DNA of 64,000 bases from Acidobacteriota bacterium (GTDB taxonomy: Bacteria; Acidobacteriota; UBA6911; RPQK01; JAJDTT01). The stretch spans positions 2,912,001 through 2,976,000 of the forward strand of contig OZ253580.1 of the NCBI GenBank assembly GCA_965263035.1. The letters are read 5' to 3'. Each line of letters opens with the position of its first letter. The first letter of the stretch is position 1. The notes under the pieces are model-generated. The model saw nothing but the letters and a program-made list of their open reading frames with translations. It was not told the origin of the DNA and searched no databases. The translations under genes and the position numbers were made by a program. Positions 1 through 8,452 of this stretch are shown piece after piece.

Positions 1-576
1 TAGATTTGTAGGACGGTCCTTGATACCGGCGACGGCTGTTTTTCCTGCCGCTCCGCGCCCTGTAAGGGCCTTACGCTTCGACTTGTGCATATTCCGACGC
101 TTACCACCCATGTAGGTCTCATCAACCTCTACAGGGCCTTGAAACGTGCTGGCACCAATCTCTGCGGCCTTACGCAGCCGCGCCAGCATGAACCAGGCAG
201 CCTTCTGACCGATGCCCAGCTCCCGGTGCAGCTTCATGGAAGAAACGCCCTTGATGTTGGTAGTGAAAAGGTAGATTCCCACGGCCCAGACTCGATAGGG
301 AAGTTTGGTGGACTCCATGACCGTTCCCTTGCGGATGGAGAACATGGGTCGCTTCGGGCAGTCCCGGCAACGGTGAGACATGGTCTTGTGCTTGATGCCG
401 CTTTGGACGTTAAACGATCCGCAGTCGGGGCAGAACGGACCGTCCGACCAGACCTGCTCTTCAAGCCACTTGAGGGCTGATTCGTCATCCCGAAACATAT
501 CCGCTACTTGGAGCAGCGTGAGACCTTTTCTGTGTGCTTTTCCCGGTGCTTTCGGCTTGCCTTTTGTCTCTCTCAT
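1..576 (-). CDS. IS1595-family transposase (runs off left edge; absent from ORF track)
   Basis: Manual translation from ATG at 576 gives MRETKGKP...CPDCGS...CRDC...FSIRKGTVMESTKLPYRVW...KGVSSMKLHRELGIGQKAAWFMLARLR...GPVEVDETYMGG: zinc ribbon, HTH and start of the DDE domain of IS1595 transposases. Confidence 0.93.
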   Translation of the reverse strand, partial: MRETKGKPKAPGKAHRKGLTLLQVADMFRDDESALKWLEEQVWSDGPFCPDCGSFNVQSGIKHKTMSHRCRDCPKRPMFSIRKGTVMESTKLPYRVWAVGIYLFTTNIKGVSSMKLHRELGIGQKAAWFMLARLRKAAEIGASTFQGPVEVDETYMGGKRRNMHKSKRKALTGRGAAGKTAVAGIKDRPTNL

Positions 577-585
577 TGTGACTAT

Positions 586-614
586 ATGGTAACATTTTGG
601 AGAGTGGGAGTCAA
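586..614 (-). promoter_or_regulatory. sigma70-type promoter for the transposase
   Basis: Minus strand TTGACT-N17-TACCAT, ending 9 nt before the ATG. Confidence 0.6.
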
Positions 615-615
615 G

Positions 616-1166
616 CCCTCAGCGAAGAAAATTGTGTTGATTCTCCCAGCACCGTCACCTAGACTCTCGTGCACCATGCTGAAGACCCCCGCCAGTTCTC
701 GTTACGACGCCGCACAAGGAGGAAGAGGATTATGCTGGAAGACCAGTTGAAACAACACGGCCGAGACCTGAAAGACGCTCTCAAGAAGTTCCAAGACATG
801 CAAAAACGGATCGCCAAAGCGGCCGCTCCACCAAAACCACCGACCATTGACATAAGGTCTTCAAACTCAATGGAAGTGATCGTCGAGAGAATCCAGTCGC
901 TTGAGAAGGGGATTAGAAGGATCGAGAAGACGCAGAGTTTCATAATACGTGCGCTTAGCAGTAGCTACGTATCTACTGCGTTTGCGCTCCTCGGGGAGCC
1001 CCTCGACCCACCTGAAAAATCTCGTGATATTGGCTTCGTATCGCCTCCTTAATTCGGCGAGTTGCACCTGCCTCCACTCGCGATGCTCCTTCGGAGTCCT
1101 GCACTCAGAAACAAAGACAAATCTTCTATCAATCATTGAGGCACACCCTCAGCAAAGAAAATTGTG
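616..1166 (+). repeat. 21-bp direct repeat pair CCCTCAGC(G/A)AAGAAAATTGTG at 616-636 and 1146-1166
   Basis: Read directly; one mismatch; brackets the 732-1052 gene. Confidence 0.85.
732..1052 (+). CDS. hypothetical coiled-coil protein (IS passenger)
   Basis: AGGAGG-like RBS before ATG 732; MLEDQLKQHG...RDIGFVSPP. Confidence 0.6.
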   Translation: MLEDQLKQHGRDLKDALKKFQDMQKRIAKAAAPPKPPTIDIRSSNSMEVIVERIQSLEKGIRRIEKTQSFIIRALSSSYVSTAFALLGEPLDPPEKSRDIGFVSPP

Positions 1167-1381
1167 ACTTTGGGATATAATCCCCTTTGAAAAGCAGCGT
1201 CGCGGAAATTCGCCTTGGCTTTCTCGTGCCACGCACGAGTCTGCTCGTTCCATAGATGTCGGTTTTCTATCCACTCACCGGATTCCTCCAGTGCCATCTT
1301 GTCCGCGACCATCTTGTCCGCCCATGCGTTCCAAGCACGCTCTCCTCTCTGGAAAAGCTCAAGGCTCTGTTTTTTGTCCAT
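1133..1381 (-). pseudogene. N-terminal fragment of a probable pentapeptide-repeat protein, truncated by the IS end
   Basis: GGAG RBS; MDKKQSLELFQRGERAWNAWADKM...KAKANFRDAAF resembles pentapeptide-repeat protein leaders; the last codons come from the IS terminus. Confidence 0.5.
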
Positions 1382-1446
1382 AACAATGCTTCTCCAACGT
1401 GTGTCCGGTCCGGCAGGGTTATTCGTAACAAATCCGCCAAAGACCC

Positions 1447-2424
1447 TCAGAAGGGGATTCGATCGACGATGCTGCGGGTGACGCGGCGGCGGTCGTAGAG
1501 CTGGGTGGTGGACGGGTGGGAGTGCCCGACCAGGTGCTGAACCTCCTCGACGGGAACGTTCTGGGAGAGCAGGGCGGTGACGACCATGACGCGGAAGGAG
1601 TGAGGCGTCAGGTGGGCGGGGAGCCCGGCTGAGGCGAGGCGGCGCTTGAGCATGGCCCGGACGGCGGCGCGGGCGACACCCCGGCCGGTGAGGGACCCCC
1701 CACGGAGGGCACCGCGCCACAGCGGCGCTCCGGACGGGTCTTCGGCGATCCCAGCCGCGTTCATGTACGCTCGAATCCACTCATCCAGGTCATCGCGCAC
1801 GAGGATCTCGCGTTCCTTGCCGTTTTTCTCGCGGAACCGAAAGAGCCGACCGTCCTCGTGGGTGCGCAGGTCGCCGACGCGCAGCCGGCAAAGCGCCCCG
1901 ATCCGACACCCGGTCGTGATCAGGGTGCCAAGCATGGCCCGGTCCCGAAGTCCCATGGGGGAGTCGAGTTCAATGGCGGCAAAGAGCCGGCGCGCTTGCG
2001 ACAGGCTGATCTCCGGGGTCTTGCCGTCGAGAACCTGGTGCTGGATCCCCCGGACCGAGTGAAAAGGATTCGAGACGACGGCGTGGCGGGTGACCAGGGC
2101 GTCGAAAAAATACCTGAGCGCCGCGAGGGCCTGGTTCTTGGTGGCGGCCGAGACGGGCAGGTCGCGAAGGAAGCGTCCGGCCAGGCCGGGCGTGACGTGG
2201 GCGAGCTCCAGGTCCTCACGCTCGCAGAACTCGAGAAACCACCCGACGGCCCGGCCATAGGCGCGGCGGGTCTCCGCATTGGAGATCCGGGCGGAGAAGA
2301 ACTCGTCGGCGGCAAAGCAGGCAGTGACGCCGGCCCGTTGCAGGACCGGCGGGAACTCCTGGACGCGCAGCTCCCCGCGGCCGGGTTCGGCGGCGAGGGC
2401 GGGAAAAGGGCCAGCCACAACCAT
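1447..2424 (-). CDS. Xer-like tyrosine recombinase/resolvase
   Basis: N-terminal SAM-like domain; LRDRAML..TGCRIG, HSFR and VGHSHPSTTQLY carry the catalytic R-H-R-H-Y set. Confidence 0.92.
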   Translation of the reverse strand: MVVAGPFPALAAEPGRGELRVQEFPPVLQRAGVTACFAADEFFSARISNAETRRAYGRAVGWFLEFCEREDLELAHVTPGLAGRFLRDLPVSAATKNQALAALRYFFDALVTRHAVVSNPFHSVRGIQHQVLDGKTPEISLSQARRLFAAIELDSPMGLRDRAMLGTLITTGCRIGALCRLRVGDLRTHEDGRLFRFREKNGKEREILVRDDLDEWIRAYMNAAGIAEDPSGAPLWRGALRGGSLTGRGVARAAVRAMLKRRLASAGLPAHLTPHSFRVMVVTALLSQNVPVEEVQHLVGHSHPSTTQLYDRRRVTRSIVDRIPF

Positions 2425-2450
2425 TTACGGTAACGTACTTTACCGACACC
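2423..2450. promoter_or_regulatory. dif-like tyrosine-recombinase site (11-6-11)
   Basis: ATTTACGGTAA-CGTACT-TTACCGACACC resembles the E. coli dif reverse complement ATTTAACATAA-TATACA-TTATGCGCACC; abuts the recombinase start. Confidence 0.7.
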
Positions 2451-2931
2451 GATTCCCGGCCGGCGCCAAGAGGCCACGCTCCGGGCAACCGCCCGGACTC
2501 TCAGGCGTTTAGCGCCGCATTTTGTGGGATCCGATTCCTCCTCCGCAGCCCAGAGTTCCCGACCCCGGTCCATCCGTTCCGAGTCGCGGGACATCCGCAC
2601 TGAACTTCACGACGCTGCCCCTCTCCGCACTCTGGAGGCCTTCCAATAACTGAAATTAACGGACTTTCTGGGAGATATCGGAGGGTTTCTCTGGTTCTAC
2701 GGTCCAAGAGAAGCTGACCTGCCCCCTCCTGGGGGGCTAGGGTTCAAAAAGATAGGATTTCGAACCGACGCCCAAAAAATGCTGAGGACTGCATTATCTC
2801 CCGAATCGTTCCATTTACCAGGACTAACAGGCCCTGGACCCAACACACACCACAGGATTGGCAATCGATTCTCAATAATTGACCAGCCATTATAGGGGAA
2901 CCCGGCTGACAGTCCAGCTGAAAATGTCTGT

Positions 2932-3018
2932 CCCCGGTTGGCGGAATTGGCAGACGCGCTGGATTTAAAATCTGGTGGGCTTCGGCCCGTGGAGGTTCGG
3001 GTCCTCCGCCGGGGACCA
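2932..3018 (+). tRNA. tRNA-Leu(UAA), atypical
   Basis: Acceptor CCCCGGT/GCCGGGG, discriminator A, encoded CCA; D arm GCG-GAATTGGCAGA-CGC; anticodon arm CTGGA-TT-TAA-AA-TCTGG; long variable arm GGGCTTCGGCCC; T arm GGAGG-TTCGGGT-CCTCC. Confidence 0.9.
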
Positions 3019-3035
3019 GCGTTCTTCCATCACAC

Positions 3036-3674
3036 CTAAAACCCAAGAGTCTTTAAGAACTCAAGCCCGCGTGACTCCAGATCGAGCCCTGTTTTTTCGA
3101 AAGGACCGGGGCGGTCTATTTCGTAACGTCTCCACAGCGAGAATAAAACAAGACCGACGTGGTGTGCGGTTTCTTTCATTTGCGTGACCAATTCCACAGG
3201 AATCGGTTCAGGTGTTACGCGGCTCGCTTCAACTACTCGGCGCGCTTCATCTACTACAAGCGCAAGGCCATCGAAGGCACCGAGCAAATTCGCAGTGTCT
3301 CGGTGGCCCAGTGAGCCCAATTTTGGTAGCGCGGCTTCAAGAACCACTCTGCCAGTTAGCCTCTGTTCTAGGTTAATAATGCTCCGTCCCAGGCGTTCTA
3401 CGTCTACGTGTGACAAGTTCAGTCGCGGCAGCAACCGGACTAACATACTCAATTTTCCGTAGAGATCCGCACTTACAAGCGCAGCGACTGATTTTTCGTC
3501 GCGCCTGCGTTCGCGGTCCTGAAGCTTGCGAGCGTTCTTCATCGTCAGCCACGCCGAAAGGAACGCAGCTCCCACCGCAATCAAAGCCGACGCCATAATT
3601 GCCAAGACAGTCCAAATCGTTTCGCTGCTTGGCGCTTTGGAAAGTGAAGTAACCAGGGAACACCAATAGCTCAT
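3036..3674 (-). CDS. hypothetical protein with N-terminal transmembrane helix
   Basis: 212-aa ORF; IWTVLAIMASALIAVGAAFLSAWLT followed by a charged coil; start uncertain. Confidence 0.7.
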   Translation of the reverse strand: MSYWCSLVTSLSKAPSSETIWTVLAIMASALIAVGAAFLSAWLTMKNARKLQDRERRRDEKSVAALVSADLYGKLSMLVRLLPRLNLSHVDVERLGRSIINLEQRLTGRVVLEAALPKLGSLGHRDTANLLGAFDGLALVVDEARRVVEASRVTPEPIPVELVTQMKETAHHVGLVLFSLWRRYEIDRPGPFEKTGLDLESRGLEFLKTLGF

Positions 3675-4121
3675 TGAAAGTCCTTACAGGCGCTTGGCGT
3701 TTGTCCCGGATCAGCCATTTCAAACACTTCGATCAGCAGCAAGGCGACCATCTTATCGATCCAGTATGTCAACCTCGGCGTGGTACTCTGGCGGGGCCTG
3801 GAGGCGTTCTTCCGCTTGGTCTGCCTGGGAGTTTGGGCGGGCGGCGTCCGGCTCACCAGGTCGTCCAAGCACCCCCGGCCAAGGCTCAGTGCCGGGGGTG
3901 TGAGTCCCCCGCCGGTGCCGTCAACCTGACACCACACCATCAAGAATGTGGTGTCACCAAAATATGATAGACTTCCCATCGTGGTCGGACAGGTTTAGTA
4001 TACTGTCCGCGTCAACTCACGGGCCAGACCAGACCCATCGCACTCTAGTCAATTGCTTTCCTGGTCTGGCCTTCCCTACCGTGTCGTACCGACGTAGTAC
4101 CATCCACTCGACTAGAGTGAG

Positions 4122-5471
4122 ATGGGACAAGCACACAGTCGAAGCAGACAATCGAAGGTAGTTGAGGCTGCTCAGTCCGTCCTTGGCAGCCTGGGGATAG
4201 ACCGGACCGACTCAGCCCCCCCTTCGATCCAGCATTACCACCACCAGCACCGGGACCAGTACGGAAGCCGAAGGGAGTGCTACAGCGACCTGGGAGGCCG
4301 TGCCTGGGGTAGAGAAGCCAAGGGCCGTTGGTCGGCCAAGGGTGTCCTCTGGAAGATCATACTGAAGGGACTGTGCCGGTCCGTCCGACGCTACACACAC
4401 CAAGAGATAGGTGAGCGGGTACTGGCCAGGGCCAAGGCTCTGGGGCTCAACGAGGAACAGGTAGCAACGGCGGGACTCAAGGATCTGAGTGCCCGGTCGG
4501 TTCGTTATCGGCTCCGAAAGTACGGCCTGAATAGCCTGAAAACAGGCCCTAAAAATAGCCCGAAAAGTGACACTTTTTCTAAAGAGGGATCTAAGAAACA
4601 GACTTACATTTTATTACATTCTAAGAATCAGGATAGGAGAAGTTCTATAGAATCTACTTCTACCCCTTCTTCTCCTACAACTCTTAAAACAGAGTTAAAG
4701 GTAAATTCTGTTTCGGAAAGGTTTTCGCCGGAGAAGCTGGAACACGGAAACCCTGAGAAATACTGGTGGGGCCGCCTGACGCCGTCGAGCAGGTTCCAGA
4801 GGGATCTGCCGTACTTCCAATTCAAAGAGGGACCCTGGGTTGTCCTGGTCTACGGAGCTTGCCATCCGGGACACACGGTACGAGTTGACTCCAAGGGGGA
4901 GCCCCTAGACATCGAGGTCAGGGCAGTCATCCGCCGATTCTCTCACTACCAGAACGGACGGGATCTGACCCTTTGCACGTTCTGGAGCCACAAGCCGGAA
5001 AACGGACCATTCAAGAAATGGAAAAAGGTGGAGCAGCGGGACACGGTTCCTCGATCCTGGGACCAGACCTACAGCACGATTGGAAGGGACAAGGTGCCGG
5101 AGAAGTCCAAGATGCCGGTGGGGACGATCTGGAAGGATGTCAGCAGTCCCGATATGGATATTTTCAGATGGGAGTCCAGGGAGGCGTTCATGAAGGCTTA
5201 CCACCAATACAGGAAGGATCTGACCACGGCTGCCTGGGAGGGTTATGTACTAGGAGAAGTACAGGTCGGAGGACTGTTCTACGGGTGGAGCCGGGAGTGT
5301 TCCATCGACCAGAGCGTGATGGAGGTTACAGAGGTCATTCGACGGTGCCGTGATCGGCAAGGGCGGAAGATGTTGCGGGTAAAGGCTCGGATGTCCTCTA
5401 CGAAGATACACTCCGGAGACCACGTGCTATTCAGCGCCAGCTACTGCAAACCGACGGGGAGGCCGTCATGA
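4122..5471 (+). CDS. hypothetical protein, putative replication initiator (HTH + S/T/K-rich linker + duplicated beta domain)
   Basis: 449 aa; HTH-like YTHQEIGERV...LSARSVRYRLRKYGL followed by an AT-rich internal segment; first gene of an overlapping operon. The function is inference. Confidence 0.6.
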   Translation: MGQAHSRSRQSKVVEAAQSVLGSLGIDRTDSAPPSIQHYHHQHRDQYGSRRECYSDLGGRAWGREAKGRWSAKGVLWKIILKGLCRSVRRYTHQEIGERVLARAKALGLNEEQVATAGLKDLSARSVRYRLRKYGLNSLKTGPKNSPKSDTFSKEGSKKQTYILLHSKNQDRRSSIESTSTPSSPTTLKTELKVNSVSERFSPEKLEHGNPEKYWWGRLTPSSRFQRDLPYFQFKEGPWVVLVYGACHPGHTVRVDSKGEPLDIEVRAVIRRFSHYQNGRDLTLCTFWSHKPENGPFKKWKKVEQRDTVPRSWDQTYSTIGRDKVPEKSKMPVGTIWKDVSSPDMDIFRWESREAFMKAYHQYRKDLTTAAWEGYVLGEVQVGGLFYGWSRECSIDQSVMEVTEVIRRCRDRQGRKMLRVKARMSSTKIHSGDHVLFSASYCKPTGRPS

Positions 5472-5677
5472 GCCAACAAACATTGCAATTCGGTCCTGAC
5501 GTTTCGATCCCGTCACCGGCTCCCATTACGCTTCGATACATGGAGCAAGCGGGACCCTACAGGGATTCCAAGCCGCCTGCAAACGAACCGATGGAGGAGG
5601 TCGGAATCCACTCACGGGAGAGCAACGGGACCAGGAAGCTGCGCTCGCTGATCCCGCGTCCTTCCCCGCTGGAGTGA
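5468..5677 (+). CDS. small hypothetical protein
   Basis: ATGA overlap with upstream gene, GGAGG RBS. Confidence 0.55.
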   Translation: MSQQTLQFGPDVSIPSPAPITLRYMEQAGPYRDSKPPANEPMEEVGIHSRESNGTRKLRSLIPRPSPLE

Positions 5678-5877
5678 CTGCGCAGGCCAGACCCCGACCG
5701 GGATACGCGATGGCCTACGCGCTGCCGATGTTGGTCCCTGGACACGTCTTGCACATCGGCTGCAAGACGCACTCAACGACTTCACAGGAAGACCTGTATG
5801 TCCCAGTGGGGACGGCGGTCCGGTGCTGCATCTGCGGCGAGCCGGTGAGCTTGAAAGGGGAGACCAGGTGGAGCTGA
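5674..5877 (+). CDS. small putative zinc-binding protein
   Basis: GTGA overlap; CKTH...CCIC motifs. Confidence 0.55.
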   Translation: MTAQARPRPGYAMAYALPMLVPGHVLHIGCKTHSTTSQEDLYVPVGTAVRCCICGEPVSLKGETRWS

Positions 5878-6086
5878 TCTCCTTCAGGCGCAATGGCTAC
5901 CTAATCCGTTGGCCGTCCCAGTTCGGAGACTTCACCGCGGTCTGCGCCCGATGCTGGGCACGATCTCCAAACTTGAGATCCCTGCTGGAGGCGGGGCCGG
6001 GAGAGTGGGCCTCCCCTCTCAGCATCACCTGCACCCGTTGCCGGAAAGTTCTACGATTGATGCTCGGCCGACGAAAGGAGAACTAG
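5868..6086 (+). CDS. small CxxC-CxxC zinc-finger protein
   Basis: GTG after AAAGGGGAG; CARC...CTRC. Confidence 0.55.
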   Translation: MELISFRRNGYLIRWPSQFGDFTAVCARCWARSPNLRSLLEAGPGEWASPLSITCTRCRKVLRLMLGRRKEN

Positions 6087-6091
6087 ACCTG

Positions 6092-6427
6092 ATGACTAGA
6101 AAACACACTCTCACCGCGACCCCGGAACGGTTGCCGAACGTGACCGCGTCCAAAAAATACACCGTACAGCACCGCGACAAGTTCGGATTCGCCAACGTCA
6201 GCGTCGTCCCGACTACCGGCGATCTCTCGACCGACGATCCGGCGTCCGTGCTTCCTGGCGGACGCAATATCGTCTTGCACGTCGGAAGCTCCGAGACACT
6301 GGCGGCATCGGGACCCCAGAGGATAAGGGAATATCTACAGTTAACTGTGGGGGGCCAAGGGGGGTATGGTTTCCCCCTGTACCGGCCTCCCCGTGCATTT
6401 TCTTCTATCAATCGTCCTGGAGTTTGA
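6092..6427 (+). CDS. hypothetical protein
   Basis: AAGGAG RBS, ATG 6092; last gene of the operon. Confidence 0.5.
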   Translation: MTRKHTLTATPERLPNVTASKKYTVQHRDKFGFANVSVVPTTGDLSTDDPASVLPGGRNIVLHVGSSETLAASGPQRIREYLQLTVGGQGGYGFPLYRPPRAFSSINRPGV

Positions 6428-6874
6428 GAAAGTTATAAGTAGAGGGGGCATCCACTGGAACACAGCATGGCAGTCGAAGCGAATCAGGCATGACAGGGGC
6501 GCCCTGAACCAGCAGGGACAAAGACCATTCCCGTCCCGTTCGGAATGCCCCTACCCGTCCCACTGTTCCAGCACCCGTTTCCACCTCCAACCCCTCCCGG
6601 GTCCAATTCTCTTTTTCCCGTGGGACTTTTCTCCCCTGTACTGGCCTCCCCGGGCTCCCGTTTGGCCATGTGTCTGTCGGTTTGCACGATCTGGTGGCCT
6701 ACGCATAAGGCTCCGAACTGGGGCTTCTGGGCCCGCTCTGGAAGCTCACTTTCGATGGAAATGGTGGGATCGGGTTGTCGCCTATAACCCGGGCTTACCG
6801 CGTAGCGGTAAGCGGCTCTGCGTATTCAACCCGGTGTTTTCGACATGGGTTGTTCGCTTGGAGAGGTCGACTAA

Positions 6875-7628
6875 CAGCCCGTGGCAAAAACCCCAATTTC
6901 TCTGACTAATGTTCTTTCTGTGAGTTGATGTTGAGATGGTTTATTGATGGATCCGAGGAGCCCAAAACAGCGAATCGGGCCGGATCGACGCCCAGAAACG
7001 CTCCCAGACCCGATCCCAGCCGATCCAGCGACCGGTTCGCGCCCCCAAAAGCGTAAAAAGACGTGCCCGACCGCGGCCCGGGAGACTGCGGGGCGTACCC
7101 ACCCCCGTCAGATGGCGCAGCAGCAATCTCAGATTGAAGCCGCAGACATGGATCAGCAGTCGCTTGCGCACGTTGGCGTGGCCCCGGACGAAGATCCGAC
7201 GTAACCCTCCCGTGCCGAACTGGTGCGCGACAAGGTGGAGTGATTCGGGGGCGTCTCCTCCGGATCCAAGTCCAGAAAAGCCCGCACACTCATCGAATCC
7301 GCCACTCGCCATGCGATGGCCCGTTCCGAGTTTAGCCCTTCGAAGTACCCCAACAACAGCATCCGGAAGTACCGTCCGGGGCGCAGACTCGGGCGCCCGG
7401 TCCCGTCGGCACAAAACCGCGCGCACAGTCCCTCCACGAAAGCGTCGAACCCCGCTTTCTCCAGCACCCGATTCAGCCGCTCGTAGAAGGGATGCCCCGG
7501 ACTCCGAGGCAGTTTCTCCGCCGCCACCCACATCTTCCGTTGCCGTCCCGCAGACGGTTTCTTTCCCATGGCCATAGTGTCATTTTATTTCAGAGATCTG
7601 GCTCTTCCCGGACTTTTGCCACGGGCTG
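6875..7628 (-). mobile_element. internally deleted IS1182-family element
   Basis: Terminal IRs CAGCCCGTGGCAAAA / TTTTGCCACGGGCTG; 4-bp duplication CTAA at 6871-6874 and 7629-7632. Confidence 0.88.
6941..7575 (-). pseudogene. IS1182 transposase remnant (N-terminus fused out of frame to C-terminus)
   Basis: GHPFYERLN...GRPSLRPGRYFRMLLLGYFEGLNSERAIAWRVADS...HSTLSR, then in another frame GGLRRIFVRGHANVRKRLLIHVCGFNL; DDE core missing. Confidence 0.85.
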
Positions 7629-8452
7629 CTAAGCTATCCAAAATTTATCGTCCCCGTGTGACGACCATGGACGCCCCCCCCGAACCCGGAGAGCCGGAAT
7701 GGGGGTTTGACGGGAGTCTGGGGTGCGGATTCCCGGCTCCCAGACGGCCCCAGATCGACACAGAGGGCGTGAGGCATACTGAGCACCTTCGATACACGCT
7801 ACGGCCTTCTACGGAGTCTTTGGGTCAAGTCGTTGATAAAGAGGGATTGATGCAGGATTTGAACAGGACTGTGACCCAAAGACGGGTTCAAAACTTGACC
7901 TAAGGATCGGATCAATACTATCGGGGCACGTATCACGGGCGCGAGGGTTAACGGGCCGTGCTATGGACGAGGCACGCGGGCACGCAGTGAAGAACCCGGG
8001 ATCAAGCAGCGACACTTATGCGGCGGGCGTCCCGGACATCCGCCGAAGGCCCTCCAAACCAGGGCGCTGGGAAAGCCGATACTGGCGCGGATGGAGTACC
8101 GGCAAGGCGTAGTACCCGGACCGTCCGTAAACCGACACGGAGCGGGCTGTCCGGGAGGAAGCTCCCCATCCCACGGAAGACAGACCTCACCTGGTCGATT
8201 CGAGGATAGAATCATCGGCATGTGCGTTCGGATCGCCGCAAAATAGGACTAGCTTTGCCTTCTGCCTGTTCCTATGGAGCTTGAGCGCCTTCCCGATCCA
8301 TAGTTCCTGCGTGCCCTTATAGGTAGACCGTCCAGAAGTCGAAAATCAGCAGGACTAGAATCCACGGAAACGGAACGAGAAGAGTCTGCTTCCAGTTCGG
8401 CTTCTAGTGCCTCCTGATCAAATCGGTTTACAAATTCTCCGCTCGATACAAT

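Larger units (their letters stand above)
1..1185 (-). mobile_element. IS1595-family element carrying a passenger gene; one end near 1185
   Basis: Transposase plus terminal-like sequence GTGACTTTGGGATATAATCCCC (1163-1185), which coincides with the point where the adjacent ORF is truncated. Confidence 0.65.

Noticed and set aside
85-480. 131-aa plus-strand ORF
   Set aside because: Antisense shadow of the IS1595 transposase on the minus strand.
2932-3018. tRNA-Leu as the island's integration site
   Set aside because: No duplicate of its 3' end was noticed in the window; the att-like sequence by the integrase is tRNA-Ser-like.
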